64,000 nucleotides of DNA from the NCBI GenBank assembly GCA_047284725.1, contig JBJBEO010000001.1, forward strand, positions 736,001 through 800,000. Reading direction: 5' to 3'. Positions 40,282 through 49,769 of the stretch are shown one piece after another. Numbering within the stretch: the stretch's first letter is position 1; every line of letters begins with the position of its first letter. The notes beneath the pieces were generated by a model. The model did no database searches. It saw only the letters and a list, made by a program, of their open reading frames with translations, and was not told the DNA's origin. Position numbers and translations under genes: made by a program. This DNA is from Synechococcus sp. (GTDB taxonomy: Bacteria > Cyanobacteriota > Cyanobacteriia > PCC-6307 > Cyanobiaceae).

Positions 40282-41565
40282 TCAAGCAAGACGATCAATT
40301 TGATATGCAACCTCACCACTCTCACGATTAATTATCTTGAGCTGGGCTGAGAGCTGAAGTCTTTCTAAGCATTGACTAATTTCTGACTCACTGACAGGAA
40401 TGATGGAAATCAGCTCAATTCTTGAAATTGCCTCGTCCGGAGAATTGAGAGCCGCCTTTATGATTTCTTTCCTAACCCTTTCTTCTGAGTATTCACCAGT
40501 GTCAACGATAGCGCTGGCAACATATGTGTGCTGACTCGTGGAATGATCAATATTGACTGACTTGTCGTGATAGTCACCGGAAACCGTGAGGCTTTCCTTC
40601 ATCGCCATCACTTCATTGGTAATCATTTGCTCGTCATAGATTGTTGATGAACCACCTTCCCTCTGCGATCCATAATAAGTCCTCGAAAGTTCTTGATAAA
40701 GATTCAGGGCGGTAACAGGCAGTCGAATCTTGTCGGCCATGTCCTGCAAAGCCTGTCTTTCGTTGGCAATAAAATCTAACAAGCCTTGCCATTCTGGATG
40801 ATGACTAGGCGTGTAACCAGGGAGGCCAACGCCTCCATTTTCAATACTTAGGCCAGAAGCAACCTCAGCTTTGTCACTCTCAAAAGCCAAATAATCTTCT
40901 CCTGGAGAGACTAGATCAATCACTTCTCTAACCATCTGAGCATACTCTTTAAAAAGGTTAATTGATCTGCCCTTGTTCAATAGTATCTCTTTCCGCTTGC
41001 TTGCCACCTCAGCCCCCTTTCTCTGGGCTTTTGACTTCGCCTCTTCAAGCTTCTTCTCAGCCTCATCTCTTTTTTTGTTTAGCAAATCTTCTGACTCAAG
41101 CCTATAAGCCCTTTCCAACTTTCTTTTTTCCCGAAGATAGAATTCTTCTAAGCCAAGAACAGGAAACACTCGCACCTTCAACAAATTAGTATAGCTAAAG
41201 AGCAGCAAAGCTATAAAAATAAGAAAGATAATTGCAACAAATGAAGAGATAAAAAAGTCTTGCGCAAAAGGCATTATTCCTACTGCAAAAGCCAAAAAAC
41301 GCCAAAGCGTGAAAATGGAAAGGATGAGAAATGTCCCGGAGGCAATAAAAAACCTAGTTGATACACTATTTGACATATTCCTGATTTCGCGAATGGTCCT
41401 ATCTAGGGTCTCAATTTTTTCTTCTGTAGTTTGATTTGCATAACGCTCTGCCTCAAGATTTCGCAGTGCTACTTGCTCAATTTTTTTCGCTTGCTTTGCG
41501 TGGGAATAGCGAGCAAAGCTGTTGATTTGTGCCTTGCTTGGGAGAAGGGTTAAGTCGACTTCCAT
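40282..41565 (-). CDS. Membrane protein with coiled coil and C-terminal wHTH-like domain
   Basis: Two TM helices, K/E-rich coil, ISRIELISII...ISQCLERL...VAY tail; AT-rich. Confidence 0.65.
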   Translation of the reverse strand: MEVDLTLLPSKAQINSFARYSHAKQAKKIEQVALRNLEAERYANQTTEEKIETLDRTIREIRNMSNSVSTRFFIASGTFLILSIFTLWRFLAFAVGIMPFAQDFFISSFVAIIFLIFIALLLFSYTNLLKVRVFPVLGLEEFYLREKRKLERAYRLESEDLLNKKRDEAEKKLEEAKSKAQRKGAEVASKRKEILLNKGRSINLFKEYAQMVREVIDLVSPGEDYLAFESDKAEVASGLSIENGGVGLPGYTPSHHPEWQGLLDFIANERQALQDMADKIRLPVTALNLYQELSRTYYGSQREGGSSTIYDEQMITNEVMAMKESLTVSGDYHDKSVNIDHSTSQHTYVASAIVDTGEYSEERVRKEIIKAALNSPDEAISRIELISIIPVSESEISQCLERLQLSAQLKIINRESGEVAYQIDRLA

Positions 41566-41713
41566 TCTCTAAGACTGCTAATTTTTTTGATGCCTATTAA
41601 GAATTGTAGCTGCAAATAATTAAATCTTCAACCTCACGTAACGATCTGACAGTCATTTCGCTATTCCTGGTGTGGATTCCTCTCGGCCTACTAAGACAGC
41701 TCTTGCCCCACGC

Positions 41714-42019
41714 TTACGACTTGGTTCTGATCACCAGCATGGCAATGACTGGGAAGCTAACCCCGACGCTTCCGATCACGACCGCCAGGTGTTTCAACCC
41801 CTCGGTTGTCTTGTTTGCGCGCCAGAGACTGAATAATCCCAGAACAAATGCCGTGGGGCTCCCATAGACCCAGAATGCGACCAGGTTTAACCCTCTGCCG
41901 AATCCTTCTCCCGATGGACGCATCACGATCAGGGTGATGTAAAGCGCAGCAATAGCGAGTGCTAATCCAAGAATCCATTGTTCACGCAGTAGCTTTCTGA
42001 GCATTGGTATCGACAGCAA
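41714..42019 (-). CDS. Small 3-TM membrane protein
   Basis: Three hydrophobic segments. Confidence 0.55.
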   Translation of the reverse strand: MLSIPMLRKLLREQWILGLALAIAALYITLIVMRPSGEGFGRGLNLVAFWVYGSPTAFVLGLFSLWRANKTTEGLKHLAVVIGSVGVSFPVIAMLVIRTKS

Positions 42020-42093
42020 GAAGGATGTCTATGCCAAACCATAGGAAGATTGAGCTTACAAAATGAATATTTGATTGAAGATACCTGAAAGAA

Positions 42094-42582
42094 TCAACAA
42101 GCTTGTCTTACTAAACTTCTTTCGGCTTCCCACTTAGGCTGAAAAGCTGGCTCCCACCATGAGCCCTGTTTTTTTAATACTCCTTGATAATTTTTAAGCA
42201 TGTAGTTTGTAGGGCGTATCATGCTTGTAGGGCGATATATCCTGAAATCTGCAGTAAGCACGTCGCCGTCGTTGTATATGAGCTTTGCATTCGCAATCTT
42301 TAATCCAGGTGGGGTGCTTTCGCTGATTTGAAGAATAGTCGCGGTATCAATAATGTCTGGCACGACTTGAGGAGAAGGCATCTTGTAGACGGGCGAAGGA
42401 GCTGCTGGCACTTGTGTCAAGGGAGGCTTGCTTGAAGGTGGATTTGTTGCAGTGGGGTTGTTGATCGTTACAGCGCAGCCAGTTGCAAGGAAGATGATGG
42501 TTGGTGTGGAAAGCAGTATTGGTTTCATTCGGCCTTCAGCATCGCGAAGTTGCATCTTCCTTCTCGCAGGGATTAATGTCAA
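42094..42582 (-). CDS. Putative lipoprotein (likely start MKPILL)
   Basis: Lipobox-like LATGC followed by Pro-rich linker. Confidence 0.55.
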   Translation of the reverse strand: MTLIPARRKMQLRDAEGRMKPILLSTPTIIFLATGCAVTINNPTATNPPSSKPPLTQVPAAPSPVYKMPSPQVVPDIIDTATILQISESTPPGLKIANAKLIYNDGDVLTADFRIYRPTSMIRPTNYMLKNYQGVLKKQGSWWEPAFQPKWEAERSLVRQAC

Positions 42583-42725
42583 CTTTTTACATGGGCTTTG
42601 GCTCCTTTACTAATCACAATTTCTGAAGCTCTATTAGGTGTCGATCAGCCTGGGCGTGCTTTCGGTGGCCGTCAGTAGTTTCTGCACCCACCCCATAAGC
42701 TGGCCGGCATCAGACCAGTAGGGGT

Positions 42726-43781
42726 ATGCGCCGCCTTTCAGCACTGCTTACAGCCTTGATGCTGCCAACCGCGCAGCCACTGCTGCTGGGTGCGGTGGCA
42801 TCAACTGCTGTTGTGGTCTCGCAAGTACCTGCCCAGGCGCAAAGCGCAGAAGCGGTCGCTCAGATTGCTCAAGCGATCACAGTGCGCATTGAAGGTGCCA
42901 CGCAGGGCTCAGGCGTCCTGGTGAAGCGTGAGGGCAATCGCTACACGGTGCTGACCGCCTGGCATGTGGTGAGCGGGCAACGAGCAGGAGAAGAGCTGGA
43001 CATCTATACCCCTGATGGGCAGCGCCATTCGGTTGAGCCAGGCAGCATCCAACGCTTGGGGCAGGTGGACATGGCGGTGCTGAGCTTTGTCAGCTCAGGC
43101 TCTTATGAGCTGGCACGGGTTGGTGATGTCGGTAGTGTCAAAAGCGGTGGACCGATTTATGTCTCGGGCTTTCCCCTGTCGACGTCATCGGTGCCGAGTC
43201 GTATTTTTCGCTTTTTGAAAGGCGACGTGATTGCTAACGCAACAGTTGCCATTCCCAATGGATACCAGCTTCTGTATTCCAACCCGACGCTGCCTGGGAT
43301 GAGCGGAGGTGCGGTGCTGAATGGTCAAGGGCAGCTTGTTGGTATTCATGGTCAGGGGGAGACCGACATCAATTTGACAGAGCAGCAGGGCGTAGCTGTC
43401 AAGACAGGCACTAATCAGGCAGTGCCGACGACGTATTACAACCAGCTGCTTTCAAATTCCGTTGTTGTTTCCTCCTCATCCCAATCAAGAGGTGCTGACA
43501 ATTATCTAGTACAAGCAAAGGTTTTATTGGGCCTTAGAGGGCGAGAGAAAGAAGTCGTTAGGCTTTCCAGCCAAGCCCTAGCCATGCAAGAAAGTGCAGA
43601 AGCATTTCTATATCGTGCTAATGCTAAAGCAGCCTTGGGAGAAAATCAAGGTGCTACTTCTGACTACGAAAAAGCAATTTTAATAAACCCGCGATACTCA
43701 GCGCCTCGTTATCGTCTAAGACTTCACAAAAGCCGCAAGCGCTTTATCCAAAAACAATGGGACGCGCTTCCTGGTTATTGA
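42726..43781 (+). CDS. Trypsin-like serine protease with C-terminal TPR
   Basis: GSGV, LTAWHVV, DMAVL, PGMSGGAV; TPR-like tail. Confidence 0.88.
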   Translation: MRRLSALLTALMLPTAQPLLLGAVASTAVVVSQVPAQAQSAEAVAQIAQAITVRIEGATQGSGVLVKREGNRYTVLTAWHVVSGQRAGEELDIYTPDGQRHSVEPGSIQRLGQVDMAVLSFVSSGSYELARVGDVGSVKSGGPIYVSGFPLSTSSVPSRIFRFLKGDVIANATVAIPNGYQLLYSNPTLPGMSGGAVLNGQGQLVGIHGQGETDINLTEQQGVAVKTGTNQAVPTTYYNQLLSNSVVVSSSSQSRGADNYLVQAKVLLGLRGREKEVVRLSSQALAMQESAEAFLYRANAKAALGENQGATSDYEKAILINPRYSAPRYRLRLHKSRKRFIQKQWDALPGY

Positions 43782-43872
43782 GGGTAATTCAAGAATGTTT
43801 TCGGTATTAATTTCAAAAAAGTATGAGTACTAAATTGTCCTTTGTGTTGGGTAGCCCGTCGTGAGGTGGATA

Positions 43873-43948
43873 CGCCACCGCAACGCCATCGAGGCTTGGC
43901 AGGCGATGCTCAAGACCGGCTGGCAGCGATGCCCTCCACGCTGGGGCT
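43873..43948 (+). pseudogene. 3'-end remnant of a DUF1651-type gene
   Basis: RHRNAIEAWQAMLKTGWQRCPPRWG matches RHNAIEAWQTMLKSGWVRC of 58761-59045. Confidence 0.75.
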
Positions 43949-44316
43949 CAAAAAAGCATCCGTAGATGAGGCTGCGGATCACGACTGACCGTGGGGGCAG
44001 TAATCAGTAAATCCTGCAGCCCCTGGGCGCCAGATACTGGTTCACCGTTGCCTAGCTCTTCGACCAGAATTGGCTGACAGAAAGCCATTGCTGCATGGAA
44101 CCCATCACCTACCTGGTCATTGTCTGGGCAACCTATGGGGCCCACAGAACAACGGCAGCGATGGAGTCGATTCCCCAGTCATCACTGAAACAGTGTCAGT
44201 CCAATGTGGAACTAATCCAGGAGTGGCAGCCCAAAGCGAGCGCGCGTTGCATTGAAGGCGTCAGATAGGGAGGAGGAGGACCCACGCAGATCAGAGGAGC
44301 ATCAAGGCAAAAGAGA

Positions 44317-44731
44317 AGGCCGCCCTTCCCGATGGAAAGACGGCCTATCTCGCTCGTTTACGCATGGTTCAACCCATCACTGCAGAAGAGAGATGAGGGT
44401 CGAAGCTGCTGGTTAGAGGCGCCCTGGGGCCATTTGCTCTAGGTGTTGGGTCGTTTTCTCCGAGGGCACCTGAAGCGGTGCAAGTGGAGCGTCGATTGGC
44501 GTGGCGTCCCTTTACGTGCCTACCCAAGGACCAACCCAGGTCGTTTTTGAGACTGTTGGAGCAGGGGCCAGAAAGTCAGCGTGCTTCTTGCTTTTGCTCT
44601 GGTGGAGTATCGGCCGTCATTGGCGCCTCCGATTTCGGTGACCACACTCTCCACCCGCTACGCCGAACTGCCTACCCGTTGTCTTGCTCATTGCCTTCAG
44701 ATCGGAATCCACCGACACTGAGACCGGCGTG
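44317..44731 (+). ncRNA. Putative large structured ncRNA, copy A
   Basis: Homologous to 49770-50233 with compensatory base changes and a 93-nt identical 3' block. Confidence 0.65.
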
Positions 44732-44763
44732 GCTAAGGAAGAGGACACCCTGACGGGGAAACT

Positions 44764-44853
44764 TCAACGCCGCCAACCCCGTGGCGTTGCCGTCGTGCTC
44801 AACCCGCACAGAATCGTCAGCTCTGCAACAGCACCGACAACAGCGGCAGGCTG
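44764..44853 (-). pseudogene. 3'-end remnant 3 of terS-like gene
   Basis: QPAAVVGAVAELTILCGLSTTATPRGWRR-stop. Confidence 0.85.
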
Positions 44854-45065
44854 CTGCTCTGTATCCACTCAAGTAGCAAGGCAAAGCAGCAAGACGTAGC
44901 CCACTTACGAGCCGCAGAAGCTCAGCGTCAGATGGGGTTTTTTCCTGGCTTTACTTGTCAGAGCCCGACAGCGGACCCAGCACCAACGCCTGGGTGAAGA
45001 AAGGGTTGAACACCTGCGCTAGAGATGTTCCACACACCTTCGAAACAGCAGTTCGCCCGATGTGG

Positions 45066-45257
45066 ATGCGACCCCTCTTGTTGGCAATAGCACTGATCGC
45101 GACAGGTTCTGCAGCTTTGGCTCAGACCTGCAAGTCGTTCAGCAACTGCGAGGAAGCTGTCGAGTCACTCCGATCCGGCAACTCAAGGCTTGATCGCGAT
45201 AAAGACGGCGTTCCCTGTGAGTCTCTGTGCGGAAAGAACGGCGAGAACATGCGTTGA
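45066..45257 (+). CDS. Secreted Excalibur calcium-binding domain protein
   Basis: Signal peptide; CKSFSNCEEA...LDRDKDGVPCE. Confidence 0.85.
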   Translation: MRPLLLAIALIATGSAALAQTCKSFSNCEEAVESLRSGNSRLDRDKDGVPCESLCGKNGENMR

Positions 45258-45868
45258 GACGGGCTTGCTGTTTGCTGCTCTGGAGTTTCGCTGCAGTACC
45301 GGTCCATGCGGCGACTGTGGTCTCTGTCGGTGATGGGGACACCATCAGAGTTCGTGAGGGTGGCAGGGCCATCACGATTCGTTTGGCCTGCATCGACGCT
45401 CCAGAGACGTCTCAGAGTCCTTACGGCATGCGTTCTCGCTTGGCACTGAGTCGGCTGCTCCCCATCGGTTCTGAGGTGTCCTTGCGTGCACAAACAGTGG
45501 ATCGCTACGGCAGAACTGTGGCTGAGCTTCTGAACTCCCGTGGAAATATCAACCAGCGGATGGTGGGCAGTGGCCAGGCATTCGTGTATCGCAAGTACCT
45601 GGAGAAGTGCGACGCAAGGCAGTACCTCTCCCTGGAACGCCAGGCTCGAAACACGGGCGTTGGCGTGTGGTCAATCGGCCCCTCAGGCATCACCCGCCCA
45701 TGGGACCACAGGCGGTCTCGCCGGGGTGGCAAGCAGAGGACTGGTTCGTCTCGCCGATGGCGTTGTGCAGACATCGGCTCATGGCAGCAAGCACAGCGAC
45801 TTCTGATCCAAGGCCATGCATACCTCGATGGTGACGGCGATGGTGAAGCGTGCGAATCGCTCCGGTGA
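45254..45868 (+). CDS. Thermonuclease (SNase-like) with C-terminal Excalibur domain
   Basis: VGDGDT, IRLACIDAPE, DRYGRTVA, LDGDGDGEACE. Confidence 0.88.
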   Translation: MRRACCLLLWSFAAVPVHAATVVSVGDGDTIRVREGGRAITIRLACIDAPETSQSPYGMRSRLALSRLLPIGSEVSLRAQTVDRYGRTVAELLNSRGNINQRMVGSGQAFVYRKYLEKCDARQYLSLERQARNTGVGVWSIGPSGITRPWDHRRSRRGGKQRTGSSRRWRCADIGSWQQAQRLLIQGHAYLDGDGDGEACESLR

Positions 45869-46194
45869 GTTGCTCTGCCATGTAGAAGGGCGGGAGTTAC
45901 CCGCCCTGGCGCCAAACCCCGTCTTAAGGAAGCGGTTCTGTAGGCGTCTGTATTCGTTCTAAATGTCCGCTAAGTGCATTGCAACTGGTAGATCTACCTG
46001 TTTGCATCTCGTGATGATGCAATAGAAAACCGAGCTGCCTGATCAACACCCTTTGAAGCAGGGAGAAGGGCGGCTGCTGAACGAACGACAGTAGTGATAC
46101 TGAAGATCATATGAGAATAGGGAAGCCTGGTGACTTGTGCTGATGCATGGGCCAAAGGCACCGGTAACAATAAAGTTAGCCGCTAAAAAGAGAG

Positions 46195-46434
46195 ATGCCA
46201 ATGTTTCTTGATGTTCACCCGATGAAGCCTTTCACAGCAGATCAACTCAACTCTCTTCAGAATGCGCCTGCAGACGAGTTTGGTGTTACTCATCACGATA
46301 TCCTGTACAGCGAAGAAGATGATCGCATTTACTGCATCCTGAATGCTCCCAGCGCTAAGGCAGTTCACCAGCACCATCAAAAGGCCGGAATTACCTGTGA
46401 CTGGGTGCAAGAAGTAAGCTCAACTCGCCTATGA
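46195..46434 (+). CDS. DUF4242/SCO4226-like small metal-binding protein
   Basis: MPMFLDVH...YCILNAPSAKAVHQHH...CDWVQEV. Confidence 0.8.
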   Translation: MPMFLDVHPMKPFTADQLNSLQNAPADEFGVTHHDILYSEEDDRIYCILNAPSAKAVHQHHQKAGITCDWVQEVSSTRL

Positions 46435-46637
46435 CTCGGTCAGAACAACTAATAGATATATCAGCCATTTACTGTCTTATTATTTCTGTACTTTTTGCTC
46501 TGCTGATTTCTGATGCTGTCGCTTATCGGGCTAGGATGCTCAGTTAACTTCCTTTGCCCGAATTTGATCTACAACGCCCCCGTAAGACAGGGGGCTTTTT
46601 TGCGCATCTGGAGAATCTCGGTCAACCAGGACCTGAC

Positions 46638-46776
46638 CCTCAGCACGATCAATGTCCCCGCCTAGGGGTATCGATCCCTTATGGATCGGGAGTTGAGTCC
46701 TTTTGTGGGGCTCTTGGCGAGAGAACGAGAGCCCCATGGAGCACTTGCCCTCTTCCTTCCGGGGGCTGGTGCTCTC
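46638..46776 (+). ncRNA. Three-hairpin repeated motif, copy 1
   Basis: AATGTCCCC..TAGGGGTATCGA..GGGAGTTGA shared with 47060 and 53864; covarying stems. Confidence 0.55.
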
Positions 46777-46857
46777 ATGCGAGCAAACGTCCTCGTTAGG
46801 GGGTATCTGCAATGGAGATCGCTGTCCCAAGTTGGACGCAAGGCAAGGGAGGTGTAA

Positions 46858-47088
46858 ATGACCCTGATCTCTAAAGGAAAAACAGACGACAGTTGCATCG
46901 GCAGGACGTGCCTGAAATGGTCTCCAGATGGGTCTCTATCAGATTTCGACAAGGACTTACTAGTGAGGCGACTTTGCGCATCTGATCCAGAGTTTTCTAA
47001 ATCAGATGCATGCCGAATCCATCAATTTGATGATCTTTCTCAGGCTCTCAACACGGCTCCCTCAATACAGATCAATGTCCCCACTTAG
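46858..47088 (+). CDS. Small hypothetical protein
   Basis: GGAGGT SD; 76-aa ORF lying between two motif copies. Confidence 0.55.
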   Translation: MTLISKGKTDDSCIGRTCLKWSPDGSLSDFDKDLLVRRLCASDPEFSKSDACRIHQFDDLSQALNTAPSIQINVPT

Positions 47089-47197
47089 GGGTATCGATCC
47101 CTCATGAGTCGGGAGTTGAATTCACCTGTGGGGGCTTGACGGCATAGAGGGGTCCCACAGAGCACCGGCCTCTTCGCCTAAGGGGGCTGGTGCTCTC
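47060..47197 (+). ncRNA. Three-hairpin repeated motif, copy 2
   Basis: CTGTGGG/CCCACAG and AGAGCACCGGCCTCTT/AAGGGGGCTGGTGCTCT stems. Confidence 0.55.
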
Positions 47198-47275
47198 CTG
47201 CGCAGAAATCAACCAATCCCCTTCAACGCTGATCGCAGCAACAACAGATCACCCGCAGCGATCTCAACCGGTGCA

Positions 47276-47599
47276 TCAGGTGCCGTCCACGGTGAGATCC
47301 CACCCATCGTGACCTTGGCCCTGCCGATCGCGGTTGTAGTAACCCTCAATCCAGAATGCCAGATCGCTCTGCAGCTGTTTGGGATCGAGCAACTCCTTGC
47401 GGCTGTCGTCCAGGGCGAATTCGATCTTGAGAGTGGAGAAGAAGCTCTCCACCACTGCGTTATTCCAGCAGCAGCCCTTGGCTGACATGCTGCAGCTGAT
47501 CTTGTGCTTTTCCAGCAGCTCTCTGTAGTCGGTTGTTCTGTACTGGCTTCCTTGATCGGTATGGATGAGCAGTTGGTCAGGTGTGACCTGGCTGGCCAA
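47276..47599 (-). pseudogene. IS3-family transposase fragment
   Basis: IHTDQGSQY...SMSAKGCCWNNAVVESFFSTLK...YYN. Confidence 0.88.
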
Positions 47600-47716
47600 G
47601 GGCTCGGTTGAGGGCCTCGATCACAGGCTGGAGCCGCCGCCATCTCAAGCAGTGAGCGGGTTTTCAAGCGCGGCCGCTCTTCCTAAGGTTCGGGAGAGCG
47701 GCCTGTCTATTGCCTG

Positions 47717-48619
47717 GTGTCTCTGCGAGCTCGTTTCATTCCCATCCTGATCGGAGTGGCTGCCCTATGCGGCAGTTCGGCTGTCGCCCAGGTCCTGAAG
47801 ATGGACTACCAAAACAACCGCATGAGCGGTTCGTTGCGCAGCGGCGCCGTGGAGGTCAACGTGGAACAGCAGCGGCGGATCAACGAGTCCGGATCGAATG
47901 TGCTCCAGCCGGTGGCTGTCGTTCGTGTGAATGGCAACGAGGTCGGTCGGCTCGTTGGCGCCGAGAAATGGGGTGGCAGTCCAGCTGCGGTGGTTCAGAT
48001 CGCAGAAATGGATCCGGAGAACCCTTACCCCGAAGTTCTGCTCTCTTCCTTCACCGGAGGTGCGCACTGCTGCAATCAGATCCAGGTGCTCACCAGCGAT
48101 CGCAGCGGGCTGACCTGGCAAGAGGTGACACTCGGGCCTTTCGACGGGGGTGAGTCACCAGCAGAGGACCCGTTGCGGAATGGCCGCTTCCTGATCGTCG
48201 ATGTCGACAACCGGTTCCTCTATCGCTTTGCCTGCTATGCCTGCAGCACCGCACCTGCCCGCATCTGGCAGCTGCAGGGCAATGCATTCGTGGATGTGTC
48301 CCATCGGCTTGAGTTCACACCACTTCATCGCCGCAACCTGCAGCGCATGGCCGACTGGTTCCAACAGAAGAACCCTGGGTCGCCGAATGGATTTCTGGCC
48401 GGTTACGTCGCCAACAAGGCGCTGGTGGGCGAGCTGTATGACGGCTGGGATCGCATGACCCAGCGCTACGACTCCTCAGACTGGGGGTTGAAGGAGTGCA
48501 AGGGCGACCTGGATAACAACGGCAAGTGCCGCTGGGAAATCGTCTACAGCTCTTTCCCGGAAGCCTTGCGGGCCTTTCTGATCGACACTGGTTACATCAA
48601 GCCAACCGGTGAGCAGTAG
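47717..48619 (+). CDS. Secreted hypothetical protein
   Basis: Signal peptide; FTGGAHCC motif; 300 aa. Confidence 0.75.
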   Translation: MSLRARFIPILIGVAALCGSSAVAQVLKMDYQNNRMSGSLRSGAVEVNVEQQRRINESGSNVLQPVAVVRVNGNEVGRLVGAEKWGGSPAAVVQIAEMDPENPYPEVLLSSFTGGAHCCNQIQVLTSDRSGLTWQEVTLGPFDGGESPAEDPLRNGRFLIVDVDNRFLYRFACYACSTAPARIWQLQGNAFVDVSHRLEFTPLHRRNLQRMADWFQQKNPGSPNGFLAGYVANKALVGELYDGWDRMTQRYDSSDWGLKECKGDLDNNGKCRWEIVYSSFPEALRAFLIDTGYIKPTGEQ

Positions 48620-48973
48620 CCCTGCACAGCAACAGTCCTACGAGGACGAAGCCAGCCCTTTGATGCAAGCCGAGTGACAGTCGCAACCCCATTACGACCG
48701 TTACTTGCGTCAAGCCGGTGAGGGCTCACTGACCTGTTGATCCACAACCGCGCGCCGTCTGCACCATGTGAACTCGGACGTATCAGCTCCCCCACCAGGG
48801 GACTTTTTTTGGGGTTTTTCGATGAAGTGGATGCTGCTTCTGGTGCTGGTGGTGATTGGCGTCGGGACCCTGATGGGGACGACGGCGCCGCCGATGCTGT
48901 GAGCTGACCTAAGCGGGCTTATGGCAGCCATCGCCACATCGGTTACGCCGCTTTTGCCGCGATGCTGTGAAAT

Positions 48974-49186
48974 GTGCCGTTTGAAAGGCAGAGAATGACC
49001 AACAGCACTCCAAACCTCGTTGCCTGGCTGGTTGAATACAGAAAGTATTTAATCCTCGTCGCCGATGGTGCCAACGATGAGGCTGCACTTCTAAAGCAAG
49101 AAATTGAGGAGGGTCTCAATTGGGTTGAACTGACTTGGGCTGACCTTGAATTTGCAAATGATTCTGATCAGTCTCTGCGCCATTGA
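48974..49186 (+). CDS. Small acidic hypothetical protein
   Basis: 70-aa helical ORF. Confidence 0.5.
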   Translation: MPFERQRMTNSTPNLVAWLVEYRKYLILVADGANDEAALLKQEIEEGLNWVELTWADLEFANDSDQSLRH

Positions 49187-49569
49187 TCATCCCGTCCGTG
49201 TGTTGGCACGCCTGTGGCGTTGAATCTGGTGAAGTACGGGAATCCGATCGGCGGCTCAAAGCAATACGTCCGTAGACCGTTCAAAGATTTTGCTCAGTTA
49301 TGACAATCGATCTGTCAGGCGGCGCCCCCATCGGCTCGTTCATCTTTGAAGGCAAGCACGCACCTTTCCGTGCTCTCGCCTGTCCATTGCACGCCATAAC
49401 AACGGGCTCAGAGGAATCTCCTTTAGATTCAGCTCAAAGCCGCCGCGCCCGCCGCGCTTGAAGATTCTCTAGTTGACGTAACTCCTATTTCGTCAAGTGA
49501 GGGCTCACTGGCATTCGATGCACGCACGATTCTTGTGTCTACGTTGCGAGGGTCGTCCTCTTCAGGGAC

Positions 49570-49737
49570 ATGGGATTCGACGGAGTAGACAAGACAGACC
49601 GGTTCATCATTGCCGCCAAGCGACGTGCCGAAGCTGCATTGCATGAAACGTCTCCAAAGCTGACGGCACTTGAGAAAGCGATGTGGCTCAAGTTGAAGCG
49701 AGGTGAACGCCCCTGCAAAAACAGCAAGGCTTCCTAG
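49570..49737 (+). CDS. Small hypothetical protein (55 aa, below ORF-track cutoff)
   Basis: MGFDGVDKTDRFIIAAKRRAEAALHETSPKLTALEKAMWLKLKRGERPCKNSKAS; purine-rich leader. Confidence 0.5.
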   Translation: MGFDGVDKTDRFIIAAKRRAEAALHETSPKLTALEKAMWLKLKRGERPCKNSKAS

Positions 49738-49769
49738 GTAACTGCTCACCTGCACTTCAACAAAGTAGG

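Noticed and set aside
44478..44753. 91-aa ORF (and 49942-50223, 50016-50261) as a duplicated protein gene
   Set aside because: Starts and frames are not conserved between copies; divergence preserves base pairing rather than codons
47276..47599. Active IS3 element
   Set aside because: Only a partial catalytic core; no OrfA or terminal inverted repeats identified
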